DNA from: Octopus sinensis
Lineage: Eukaryota
DNA length: 64,000 bases
Direction of reading: 5' to 3'
Assembly (NCBI RefSeq): GCF_006345805.1
Contig: NC_043005.1
Coordinates: 35,588,001-35,652,000 of the forward strand
The notes under the pieces are model-generated. The model ran no database searches and was not told the origin of the DNA. It was given only the letters and a program-made list of their open reading frames with translations. Made by a program: the position numbers and the translations under genes. Positions 1 to 12,009 of the stretch are shown in pieces; within the stretch, counting starts at the first letter, position 1; each line of letters starts with the position of its first letter.

Positions 1-214
1 CTTCGAATGACGCCACCCCGCTGGCTAAGCGAGCAGGCCAACAGAAGAAAGAGTGTGAGAAAGAGTGGTGAACGGGATCACCACCCCCTGTCGGAGCTTC
101 GTGGAGCTTTTAGGTGTTTTCGCTCAATAAACACTCACAACACCCGGTCTGGGAATCGAAACCGCGATCCTACGACCGCGAGTCCGCTGCCCTAACCACT
201 AGGCCATTGCACCT
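1..214 (-). mobile_element. tRNA(Arg)-like-headed SINE, family C variant, truncated by window edge
   Basis: Reverse complement begins AGGTGCAATGGCCTAGTGGTTAGGGCAGCGGACTCGCGGTCGTAGGATCGCGGTTTCGATTCCC, matching the heads at 35836 and 37622 (A/B boxes); the 3' body differs. Confidence 0.85.
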
Positions 215-266
215 ACACATACAATATATATATATATATATAATATATATATATATATGATATATG

Positions 267-297
<31 letters not shown>

Positions 298-970
298 TGT
301 ATATACACATACGTATATACATATACACATACATATTCACATACCTCTCTACGAATACATACTATATACATACGCGTGCCACTATATATATAGCTATTAC
401 ACCTATAAATATATGTAGCTATATTTGTGTGTATACATAAATATATTTTTCAAAATCGTAGTAGATAAAGACTTTACTCTGCGCGATCGCTAGCTTATTT
501 CCAGTAAACAGGAGTGGGCTAATAAAAATAAAACAGATAATTAAACACAAGAAAACATACAAAATATCTCCAAAGAAACGAAAACGAAATGCATTAAATG
601 GAATGGAGATGTTCCAAGTGGCTTCATGGCGAAATTCAAATGACGAAAACAGGTGTCGGCCTTGAGACCTGGGTAGTTTCTTTGACTCAGAAAAGTAAGC
701 TACTCGTGTGCGAGTGTATGATGAACACACACTTGTGTAAATATGTCTATGAATTACAAGTGTGAGTAAACATATGTGTGTGTCTATGTGTGTGTGTATG
801 TATATGTGTATATGTATTTATGTAGGTATAGATTTATGTGTATATATATATATATTTATTTATTTATTTCTATATCTATATCTATATCTATTTATCTATT
901 AATCTATAATTATATTGAATATACGTAACACACACCAATATATATATGTATATATAGATGTATGTATCAA

Positions 971-1036
<66 letters not shown>

Positions 1037-1167
1037 CATACATAAAAATATACAAGCACATACGCATATAAATATGTATGTATATGTGTGTGTGTTTGTG
1101 TGTGTTGTATTTTTAATTGGCAGATGTTACAGACGTCCAAGAGTCGAGAATTTCGCGTATGATAAGG

Positions 1168-1287
1168 GTCACTATGAATAGCAGTGACCCGCACACAGTA
1201 CCCTGTGGAACACCACTCGGTATTTATGTTTGCTTGGAGGTGGCTCTATTGGCTGCCACCGCCTGACTTCTGTCTTTTAAAACACGT
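1168..1287 (-). pseudogene. CR1/L2-type LINE reverse transcriptase fragment
   Basis: Minus strand reads LKDRSQAVAANRATSKQT*IPSGVPQGTVCGSLLFIVT (SGVPQG motif); inverted homolog of about 2170-2283. Confidence 0.8.
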
Positions 1288-1331
1288 CACACTTGAGTCA
1301 CTTTGTAACACCTGTTATATCTATCTATCTA

Positions 1332-1394
<63 letters not shown>

Positions 1395-1475
1395 GTATAT
1401 ATATATATATATAATATATATATAGATATATATATGTATATATATATATAAATATATATATAGCTATATATATGA

Positions 1476-1527
<52 letters not shown>

Positions 1528-1892
1528 AGATAATATATATATATATATATACATACATATACATACATACATATATATAAATGTGTGGTATATGTGTATA
1601 GGTACAAGCAAATGAAGAAACCAGCAGAGTCTTTTGTTACTACAACTGTAACCATGGAGGTTATAATAATTTATTACACCGGCAACGAAGATGTATTGTT
1701 GTCCATAGATGAGTTAGAAGGGAACTCAGTTGCTGACCTTGTTGGATTCTCATCAATCTTTCTCGAATGAGGGAAAACCACTGCAGCTTCTTTTTCAGTT
1801 TCCTTGCAAGTGGCAAACCCCATGGCAAATTTAATGAGGGAGTAATATGCCGTATCCATAAAAAAGAAAGCAGAACGGATGCTAAATGCTGA

Positions 1893-2460
1893 AGGCCTAT
1901 CTCTCTGACTTCATTCAACAGCAAAGTCATGGAACAAATAGGCAGAAGGAAAGCATTTGCATTTTTGGAAGAGAATGACCTACTAACCATGGTTTTCAAC
2001 CAAGTATAAGTTGTCTAACACAGCTCTTACAGCATTACAATTGGGTGTTAAATCAGCTGCTCAACTTAGATATTCCAAAAGCATTTGATAAAGCCTACCA
2101 CGGTATGATATGTCACAAGCTGCGTGATCTCGGCATTGTCGGAAAACTTGGAGAGTGACTGCACGACGTTTTAAAAGACAGAAGTCAAGCGGTGTCAGCC
2201 AATAGAACCACCTCCAAGCAAACACAAATAGCGAGCGGTGTTCCATAGGGTACTGTGTGCGGGTCACTGCTATTCATAGTGACACATTCAGACATGCTCT
2301 CAGCTGCTCAGATAACCATCCTTGCTAGCTATACAAACGATACAAAAGTCTCTCAGAAGACAGAACCCTGGAGATGTTGCATATCTGCAACAGGAGTTGG
2401 ATGAAACATAAATGTAGGCTTGGGACAATAACATGCAGTTTAATGCTGGAAAACCCCAAG
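1893..2460 (+). pseudogene. CR1/L2-type LINE reverse transcriptase fragment with stops and frameshifts
   Basis: RPISLTS, HGFQ-like, PKAFDK, HKLRDLGIVGKLGE, SGVP*GTVCGSLLF, YTNDTK (decayed YADDTK) and NNMQFNAGK occur in the expected order. Confidence 0.85.
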
Positions 2461-2461
2461 C

Positions 2462-2615
2462 CTTGCGCGGTTCGGCAAAAGAAACCGATAGAATAAGTAT
2501 CAGGCTCAAAATTTAAAAAGAAAAAAGACGGGTCGATTCATTTGACTCAAATTTCTTCAAGGCGGTGCCCCAGGATGGCTTCAGTCGTATAACTGAAATA
2601 AGTAAAATATAAAAG
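2462..2615 (+). mobile_element. SINE family B, 3' half
   Basis: GCGGTTCGGCAAAAGAAACCGATAGAATAAGTA...AAGGCGGTGCCCCAGGATGGC matches the 3' half of full copies such as 33944-34362. Confidence 0.75.
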
Positions 2616-2733
2616 ACGAAAGTTATGCATATGCCTATACATATCTACATATATACGTATATATACTCATTAGGTACATATATATGCATATGTTTGTGTC
2701 TCCTTGTCTCGATATCCTACGATTGATGTAAAT

Positions 2734-3317
2734 CAGGGGTTCTCAACCATTTTTTATCAATGGACTCCTTTGATTACTATTTTTCTCTGGTAGACGCCCA
2801 TAGTCATTCGATATTAAAAACTAGTTGTATGGAAACTTCTTCCAAAATTCCTATATTGTTTTTCACTCATTAACTTGTGTAGGTTGATCTATGCAAAATG
2901 TTAGGGAGAGAAACCAGACTGTTTCTTATTTCTTTATTGCCCACAAGGGGCTAAACATAGAGGGGACAAACGGATTAAGTCGATTATATCGACCCCGGTG
3001 CGTAACTGGTACTTAATTTATCGACCCCGAAAGGATGAAAGGCAAAGTCGACCTCGGTGGAATTTGAACTCACAACGTAACAGCAGACGAAATACTGCTA
3101 AGCATTTCTCCCGGCGCGCTAACGCTTCTGCCAGCTCGCCGCCTTAGAAACCAAACTCTTTCTTGCAATACACACCAATATCTACACCTAAAACAAAATT
3201 TTTTCAGGGGTCCTTCAAATTCTATTGTCGATTCCCAATTTACTACTTTCTTACATGGAGCTGAAAAAACTTATATGGACCCTCAGAGGTCATCTAGACT
3301 CCGGTTGAGAACTACTG
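2734..3317. mobile_element. hAT (Charlie-like) MITE
   Basis: TIRs CAGGGGTTCTCAACC / GGTTGAGAACTACTG; perfect 8-bp TSD ATGTAAAT at 2726-2733 and 3318-3325. Confidence 0.92.
2922..3145 (-). mobile_element. SINE family A (long-tail form) nested in the hAT MITE
   Basis: Minus strand AAGGCGGCGAGCTGGCAGAAGCGTTAGC...CCCCTTGTGGGCAATAAAGAAATAAG; flanked by AGAAACCAGACTGTTTC / AGAAACCAAACTCTTTC (imperfect TSD). Confidence 0.92.
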
Positions 3318-4232
3318 ATGTAAATGACTATCACTGTGATACAAGTAGTGTCATTCGCATCTAATATTCTATGAGGACATGTCTGGCCATGAGGAAAGTA
3401 TTACTTTTGCTTGGAAATAGGTGAGGGTTGGAGACAGGAAGGGCATCCGGACGTAGAATATCTGCTTCAATAAACTTTGCTTGACCCATGCAAGCATGGA
3501 AAAGTGGATAGTTAAAATGGTGACAAGATGACGACGATGACAGGACAACGATGACGATGACAACAACGACGACGACGATGATGATGAAAATACACACTCA
3601 CACATATACGCACATAAATATTCACATACACATATATATACGCACCTGTATGCATAACACTCAGAACTACGTGCTCATTTATATTGGCGTACATGCGCAT
3701 GTGCGAATCAAGTTATGGAGATGATACAAGCTGACATATACACACATATACACACATGTACACAAGTCTATACATAATTGACCATACACAATACACAGAA
3801 GCAAACACATGCACAACCAGATACATACACAAATATACACATATAAACACACCACACACACACACACATATATATATACATGTACAATTACATACATGTA
3901 TACATACCAACATAGCTATCTTTATCTCTTCATCTCTTTATGTACTTCTTTATCGCCCACAACGTTTATTAACGGTTTTCAACATACGTCAATGTCTCGC
4001 TGACGTCTATGTATGTGCATACACGCACACACACACAGACACACACACTCACACGCACACAAATACTTACATACATACACATACACATGTAAGGGTAGAC
4101 AGAGAGTGTGTGTGTATATATATATATAAATATGTATATATATATACATGTGTGTGTATCAAATGTATGTGATATATATATAGATTATATATATATGTAT
4201 ATATTATACACACACATACATACATACATATA

Positions 4233-4279
<47 letters not shown>

Positions 4280-4885
4280 ATATATATACTCATACGCATA
4301 TGCATTTACTTGTATGCGTACCGTACTGCATATAAATACATTTGCACGTGTTTACACTCATTATACAGACATATTTACGCAAATGCATATATTTGCATAT
4401 ATTTGGATGGAAAGTACGTCTATAAATCTTACAGATTTGGGTAACGTAGAAGGAGATAAGTTCATGTGTGGTGAGTGCCCTTGTATCTCTCCACCCTCTA
4501 TCTCTCTCTTCCTCTCTGTCTGTTTCTTCCTGTCTTAATTCCTCTCTCCCTCCCGCTCTCTCGCTTACATAAATATATACTCACATATTTATTAGGTTGT
4601 AAGATATATTTGTATGTGTTATACATACATACAAATATATCTTACAACCTAATAAATATATATATATGTATAAACACACACACACACACACACGTATAAA
4701 TAGATAGATAAATGAAAGAAATCGAACACATATACAAGGCGTGCTTATTGTTAGTTCGCTCGTGGTCATCTGCGTTTTAGGCATAAGGGAATATATTCTC
4801 AATGCGCCTGGTGCTGAAAACACTTGAAAGTAAGACATAGACAAGCGGGGATACTCACACCAGGTCCCTTCTCGAAGCGATAGAT

Positions 4886-4917
4886 AACGATGTTTCGTCA
4901 CTGTTGTGACTTTTCAA
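4886..4917 (-). ncRNA. Hammerhead-like motif, U3:A8 core, stem I not formed
   Basis: Minus strand TTGAAAA-GTCAC-AACA-GTGAC-GAAA-CATCG-TT; perfect 5-bp stem II. Confidence 0.4.
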
Positions 4918-5004
4918 TGCCGCTTAACGAACAAAACCTGCTGTAAGCTATATCGCCGACATGATAACATGGTAAATGGTTTAGCATATATATGTGTATG
5001 TGTG

Positions 5005-5103
<99 letters not shown>

Positions 5104-5107
5104 GTAT

Positions 5108-5138
<31 letters not shown>

Positions 5139-5237
5139 AACGGGAAGCTTTATGAAAATAGACAAAAGACGAAGGCAGGTGGAATACAAACAAACAATTG
5201 TATTAGTATGGCGCTCAGGAAATATAAATAAAACAAG

Positions 5238-5275
5238 TCTTTAACGTTTCGAGCCTACGCTCTTCAACAGAAAGA
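5238..5275 (-). ncRNA. Minimal type I hammerhead motif in the Penelope pLTR (A6U core)
   Basis: TCTTT-CTGTTGA-A-GAGC-GTAG-GCTC-GAAA-CG-TT-AAAGA: stem I 5 bp, stem II 4 bp, palindromic stem III ACGT. Confidence 0.7.
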
Positions 5276-5539
5276 TACACAGAGAAGAAACACAGAAAGA
5301 AGGAGAGAAAAAAAATGCGTGCAGAAGCTAGCGAATCAACATGGCGATCTGATTTCGGCCAGAAGTCAAAGATCAAACGTGAGACGCAAGAGCGAAATTA
5401 GGGGAGATAATAGGGTTAAATGACCTCGCTCCAACATAAGAGTGTGTGTGTGTGTGTATGAGAGAGTATTAGTGCGTATGAGAGGTCTGGACGTGTGTAT
5501 GTATATATGATGTGATGTGTAAAGTAGTATGGTGTAGTG

Positions 5540-5850
5540 TAGAGAGAGGAGATAGGGAAGAGGGGGAGGTAAGGGGAGAGAGGTGAGGAGGAGGGGGAGG
5601 GGGAGAAAAAGAAAGGGGAGAAGAGGGGAGAAGAGGATGGGGAAGGGGGAGAAGGAAGGAGAGGAGAAGAGGAAGGGAGAGAAGGGGAAGAAGGAAGGAG
5701 AGGAGAAGAGGAGGGAGGATAGAAGGAGAAAGAGGGAAGAAGGGAAGAGGAGTAGAGGTGAAAGAATGAAGGACTGAAGAGAAGTAGGGGTCGGGGGGAG
5801 GTTAGATGAGGAGGGGGGAGAGGGGAGTTAGATGAGGAGGGGGGCAGAGT
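5540..5850 (+). repeat. Purine-rich (GA/GGA) low-complexity tract, 3' region of the Penelope element
   Basis: Almost pure A/G with internal repeats such as GAAGGAAGGAGAGGAGAAGAGG x2 and GTTAGATGAGGAGGGGGG x2. Confidence 0.9.
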
Positions 5851-7400
5851 TGAGACCAAATGGCGTATAAGAGCGAAGAGAGAAGATTAATTCCTGTTCA
5901 CGGCGCAAACGGGAATCCGGATGGCCTATGTGCAAGGACAAACCGAACACAGACAGGTGTTGCAAGGAGTGACCGGTGGAGCGGAAATGGCGTGAGACCG
6001 GTGTGTCGTTGGCAAGGCGGATGTCGCGGAGGTGTTCCGCGAACCGGTCAGCCAAGCCGCGTCGTTTGTCCGATGTACAGGGAATGGCAGAGAGAGCAAG
6101 AGACGCAATAGATAATATTGCTGGAGGTGCAGGTGAAGGAGTTGATGATGCGATAGGGTCGATGATGGGTGCCAGTGAGGAGGATGGTGTTGGAGAGATA
6201 AGGGCAAGTGCGGCAACGTGGGCGGGAGCAGGGGAACGAGCCAGGTTGGGAGGTAGGGTCAGGGAAGGAGCTATGGACCAAAAGGTCTCGAAGGTTATGG
6301 GCTCGTTTGAAAGAGGGGAGTGGTCGGTTAGGGAAGAGGTGTGAAGTGGACGGGTCGGACTGGAGATGACGGAAAGCTCGAAGAATGGTGCGTTGGAGAG
6401 GTGGGGTGGTAAGTGAGGGGAAAAGGGAGGCGGGAGACTACAGGGCGGGTTCGGGGAGAGAGAGCAGATACACGGTCCGCGGAACGTGCTCTGGCAAGGG
6501 CGGTGTGGATAGTGGTGATGGGATATCCACGTAGGATGAAGTGGTGAGCCATACGTTGAGACTGAGTCTCAAAGTCATGGTCGTCACTACAGAGCCTACG
6601 TAGACGGAGGAATTGGGAATAGGAGATGGAAAGCTTGGTGTGTTCTGGGTGGGAGGAAGAGAAGTTGAGGTATGAGTGTGAGTCTGTGTGTTTGTAGTGA
6701 ATGGAGGTGGTAAGAGTGGAGTGAAGAATGCTAACCGAAATGTCGAGGAAGGAGAGATAGTGGAGAGTGAGTGGAGGGCTGGATGGAAGATTGAACGAAA
6801 GAGAGGAAGAATCTAGATGTTCACGGGAGAGTGAGGTGGCACCGATAATGTCGTCAATGTAACGACCGTATAGTTCAGGAGTGGGACCAGTGAAATTAGA
6901 GAATATTTGGGCCTCAACATAGCCAACGAACAGGTTCGCATAGTTGGGGCCCATTCGCGTTCCCATGGCCACTCCCGAGACCTGATGGTAGAACTCGCCC
7001 GTGAACGAGAAGCAGTTAAGAGTAAGGACAAGTTCGGCCAGACGAATGAGTGTGGAGGTGTCAGGTTCAGGGTTGGAGCGGAGGTCAAGAAAGTGTTGAA
7101 GTGCCTGCAGTCCTTCGTGGTGAGGGATAACGGTATAGAGGCTCTGGATGTCCATAGTAAAAAGGATTTTGGAGGAGCCGGGAGGAAAGGAGAAAAAGTT
7201 GAAAAGCCGGTTTGATGATAATGTCAGCGCGCCGTTGGAGGGAACGAAGATCCGAGAGCTCGGCCGGGGAGATGTTGAGGCGGCTGGAGAAGTTGAACCG
7301 CTCCAATGCACGCTGACAAGCGCCCGCGAAAAGATCCACTGCAAGGAACTGGCCGGGGGCAGGCGTCCTGGTGTACCCGGTAATTCCCGGGAGTAAAGAT
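5828..7400 (-). pseudogene. Penelope RT plus GIY-YIG endonuclease, frameshifted
   Basis: LFTMDIQSLYTVIPH, GVAMGTRMGPNYANLF, YGRYIDD, FLDI, YKHTDSHSYL; linker CSRPRCRTC; IYCVSCSLCHSLYIGQT...RFAEHLRDIR...RREQELIFSLRSYTPFGLN. Confidence 0.95.
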
Positions 7401-7993
7401 ATTCTATTGAAACTCCTTATTTCTGTGATATAAGAAAGCAATTTCGTTATAAGCGCTACTGAAGTGTTAAGTGAAATTTAGCAATCAAGAATCGAATCCA
7501 CGCTATGCCTGCACACGAAGCCACTACAAATATGTTGTGGAATAAAAAAATTATCTACTGTCATGGAAAAAGTGTAACTGTAAAAATGCAGGATAATCGA
7601 GTAATGGGCATTCAAAAAAGTTTGTATGTATAGAAATGTATGAATGCAGTCTTTAATGTTTAAGATTCAAATTTAGGAAGTACAATAATAATGTTTAGCA
7701 GCTCAACGGTGTGAGTAGTGAAATGTAGAATTTTTCTAAACTCTATGTCACAAGGTTTCTATCTATCTGTTAAAGCTGCAAAAACATTACAAAATATCAC
7801 AAAACTGCTACTCAGGGTTTCACGTTCGGTTGTCGGACAGTTGTGATTGAGAATGGAAGAAATGAGGTTATTGGGAATAACCTCAATTCTTCCATTGTCA
7901 ACCATTACTGTCCCACGAACGGAAACGTGAAACTCTGAGTAGCAGTTTTGTAATATTTTGTGATGTTTTGCAGCTATAAATCTAAAGTATATA

Positions 7994-8158
7994 GGCCCAG
8001 GAGTGGCTGTGTGGTAAGTAGCTTGCTTACCAGCCACATGGTTCCGGGTTCAGTTCTACTCTCGTGGCACCTTGGTTAAGTATTTTCTACTATGGCCTCG
8101 GGCTGACCAAAGCCTTGGGAGTGGATTTGGTAGGCGGAAACTGAAAGAAGCCTGTCGA

Positions 8159-8222
<64 letters not shown>

Positions 8223-8370
8223 TGGCGTGTTTACTCCCCATAGATTAGCAGTGCGGCAAAAGAGACCGATAGGATAAGTATTAGGCTTACAAAGAATAAG
8301 TCCTGGGATCGATTTGTTCCACTAAAGGCGGTGCTCCAGCAGGCCGCAATCAAATGACTAAATAAAAGAA
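7994..8370 (+). mobile_element. SINE family B, full length (duplicate at 12943-13320)
   Basis: GGCCCAGGAGTGGCTGTGTGGTAAGTAGC tRNA-like head, CORE-like segment, internal (TA)(TG) microsatellite, tail GGCGGTGCTCCAGCAGGCCGC. Confidence 0.92.
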
Positions 8371-8416
8371 TATATATATATATGCATGTATGTATGTATG
8401 TATGTGTGTGCATATT

Positions 8417-8472
<56 letters not shown>

Positions 8473-8751
8473 AGACTATTTATGCTTCATAAGCATATAT
8501 ATATATATATAGATACGCACATATATGCATATAAGCATATATTAATGTAACCAGGTTACATATCTATACATATGTATGTATGTGTATATATATAATGCAC
8601 GTATGTTTATATTTACATGTGTGCATGTATATGTGTGTATGTGTGTGTGCATCTATCTATCTCTCTATCTATCTAATATATATATATACATACATACATA
8701 TATATATGTATATATATATATATGTATATATATACATATATATATACACAC

Positions 8752-9381
8752 ATATAAATTAACAATTGAGGATAAAATCTTTAAAAGAAATTATCAGTAG
8801 TCAGCGTGAAAAACCTCGTAAGAGAAAAAATCCGTAAATTCTTCCTCTTTGAAAATATTCATTTATATTATATTGAGGGTACTATTATTCGTAGATACCA
8901 ACACGCTAAGAGAGGACCATGCGGTCAAAACTACTAAAATAAACAAAATTTTACCGAATGCAAAACTTCAAAACACATCATTTTAAGAAAGAATTCAGTT
9001 ACATATCACATATGATTTCGCATTAATGCAGAATATGCATTTCATGTTCATCAGTGCAACAAACTCAAGAAATATAAGAGAAAACATAACATTACAAGCT
9101 CGATAGCCAACCGTAGAATTCGTCGTAGCATGTACGAATGTTTATCTTTACATATCTATGAAAATGGCGGGCTTATTCGCAATGCATTTCGGTACCAAAT
9201 TGTCTAGTCGGAATAAAAGTTCAGTATTGAACTATTCCGGTGAAAAATATAAATTAAAAATTGAGGATAAATTCTTTAAAAGAAATTATCAGTAGTCAGC
9301 GTGAAAAACCTCGTAAGAGAAAAAATCCGTAAATTCTTCCTCTTTGAAAATATTCATTTATAATATTGAGGGTACTACTAT
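8752..9381 (-). mobile_element. 495-bp unit plus a partial tandem copy (about 135-bp direct repeat) with a hammerhead relic; pLTR/retrozyme-like (duplicate at about 13703-14332)
   Basis: ATATAAATT...AATTGAGGATAAA...GAGGGTACTA repeated at 8752-8887 and 9247-9381; microsatellites on both sides. Confidence 0.65.
9005..9060 (-). ncRNA. Type I hammerhead motif, slightly decayed (duplicate at 13956-14011)
   Basis: GTTGCA-CTGATGA-ACAT...ATGC-GAAA-TCA-TA-TGTGAT; stem I 6 pairs with 3 G-U; 10.1 is A rather than G. Confidence 0.55.
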
Positions 9382-9439
9382 ACACACATATATATATTTA
9401 TGTATGTATGTATGTATATATATATATATATATATATAA

Positions 9440-9483
<44 letters not shown>

Positions 9484-9505
9484 TATATATATATTATAAT
9501 ATATG

Positions 9506-9571
<66 letters not shown>

Positions 9572-9643
9572 CAAATATACAAATATACAAATACCCATAT
9601 ATATATATATATATATATATATTATTAATATATATATTATAAT

Positions 9644-9740
<97 letters not shown>

Positions 9741-9864
9741 CAAATATACAAATACCCATATATTTAGAAATGTTTCGCGATGTTGCTAACAGAAAACAAT
9801 ACAAACAAAAACGCACCAAGGTGAGAACAAATCACACACACATACACACACACACGCACACACA

Positions 9865-9895
<31 letters not shown>

Positions 9896-10430
9896 TACAT
9901 ACATACATACACACACACACAGATGCTCATATACAAACACATTCTCACTCTCATATACGCACATACATGTTCTTATCTTGTTCTGCTTTGCGAAGATCTC
10001 GAAGATTTTCTAAATATATAGAATATGAAGTGAAACTTGACATCATCCTGTGATGTTTCTTCTTATAAGAGAGGGAAAAAAGAAAGTATAGAATGATGAA
10101 GAAAGAAGGAGGGAGCAAAGAAGAAGAGCACCAGAGAGAGAAAGAGAGAGAGAGAAGGGAGAGAGAGAAAGTGAGAGAAAGGGTGAGAGAGAAAGGGTGA
10201 GAGAGAAAGAGAGAGAAAGTGTATACTGTGGACAAAGATGGAGATTGAAGCAAGCAGAGATTATTAATGGAATTAAAACAAGAACAAAATTATTTTTCTT
10301 GGTTCTCTTGAATTCCCCAGATAATGCTGTTGACACGGTTTTCAGCATAGATCTCAATGAAGTGTGATAAGCTAGAGAGGGTTCAGCAAGTATATATATA
10401 TATATATATATATATATGCTTGGCTGCTTG

Positions 10431-10520
<90 letters not shown>

Positions 10521-10869
10521 CGTCTGGCTGGTTGTTTGTCTATTCGCCTGTTTGTATACACACGCATCAACTGATTTGGATCTTCTCAATCATGATTATC
10601 AATTCTGTAGCTTCGAGAGTGTAGTTGCCTGGTAGGAATGCTGATGGATATTCCTATTTTGTCATCGAGCTAGTAGAGTAATCGACGCAATCACAGCTTG
10701 CTTTGTGATTGATGTTAGGTACTCTGTTGTTTGGTACTCTGATATTACATAATTTTCACTATCGTATATGCTAAATCGCCAGTCTACTATTGGTAGACAA
10801 ATCTACCAATTGTTCTTATCGCCAGAAGAAATGGCTAATAATTTATATGTATGTGTGTGTGACTTTGTA

Positions 10870-11050
10870 TCTGTATTTGACAACCGGTGAAGGTCTGTTT
10901 ACGTCTCTGTAACTTAGCAGTTAAGCAAAAAACAACCCATAAAATAAGTACCAGGCTTCAAAAAAGTACTGGGGTCGATTAGTTAGACTGAAATTATTCA
11001 GGCGGTGCCCCAGCAGGGCTGCAGTCTAATGACTGAAACAAGTACAAAGG
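10870..11050 (+). mobile_element. SINE family B 3' half, diverged (duplicate at about 15820-16000)
   Basis: TTGACAACCGG...GTAACTTAGCAG...GGCGGTGCCCCAGCAGGGCTGCAGTCTAATGACTGAAACAAGTA. Confidence 0.75.
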
Positions 11051-11394
11051 AAAAAAGAATGAAAGAAAAAGGAGTAATGAAAATTATGTAATATCTCATC
11101 ATTTTATATAATAAATCGTGTGTATATAATAACCATGCGATTGAAACATTTGTTGCATGAATTGAACTATTGATTATCTTTTCATTATATACACGATGAA
11201 TAGACACCTTCTCAACTATTCTATGTGTGTGTGTATCATCATGGACTCACCCGTCGTTAGACGACATATGAGGGCTCGGCAATTCTTGCCGAACAACCAC
11301 ACAAATGATTTGTTTATAGTGATCAATTGTTTGTGTATACATAAGCTCATTCGCTCCATCAAATCGACATTACTTGTTACAGCTGCACCATGTG

Positions 11395-11535
11395 CCACAT
11401 GACTGATGATGAACTGATCGCAGAGCAATGTGAAATTAAGTGCTTTGCTCAAGAGCATAACGCAACGCCCGATTGGGGGAATTGAACCAACGATCTCGCA
11501 ATCGTGAGTACAACACCCTAATCACTAAGCCATAC
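11395..11535 (-). mobile_element. SINE family D head, diverged (duplicate at about 16350-16487)
   Basis: Minus strand TGGCTTAGTGATTAGGGTG...GGTTCAATTCCCCC...CTTGAGCAAAGCACTT. Confidence 0.7.
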
Positions 11536-12009
11536 ATATATACACACGCACATACACATATTGACGGGTAGGCTAGCACTCACATACACATACACAGACA
11601 CACACGCACACCACTCTATCATTTATTCCTCCTCTCATTTTTCTTCGTTTTCCTCGCTCCCCCTCTCTCACATTTCTTTAACTCCCACTATTTCCCACTC
11701 GTTTATCTCTCCTGTACCTTTCTCTTTGTCTCCCTGGCTTTTTTTCTAATACTTCAATCCTGCCGTCCCCTACCCATCTCTCCTTCCACATGACAGGTGT
11801 CCAGCCAGCCATAATCTTTCTTTCTTGGCTTGACTGCCGACCGTCCAACACCTCTCATGTCCATCTCCTATGTTCCTACCTTTAGGCTTTCACTTCATAC
11901 ACTCCAGCTCAATTTGATTCGTTCTCAATCGAATAACACCTGTTGCTATTCTTGTTGTTTGTATTCGTAATATATATACGTATAGATGTAAGTATGTACA
12001 TATACGTAT

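Larger units (their letters stand above)
5138..7400 (-). mobile_element. Penelope-like retroelement (Neptune type), 5'-truncated and internally deleted
   Basis: RT, Cys linker and GIY-YIG on the minus strand, then a pyrimidine-rich 3' region and a pLTR-like end with a minimal hammerhead that abuts (TA)n at about 5137. Confidence 0.92.

Noticed and set aside
1674-1859. Non-repetitive minus-strand ORF (61 aa) as a terminal exon
   Set aside because: No acceptor site or recognisable homology; short enough to be chance
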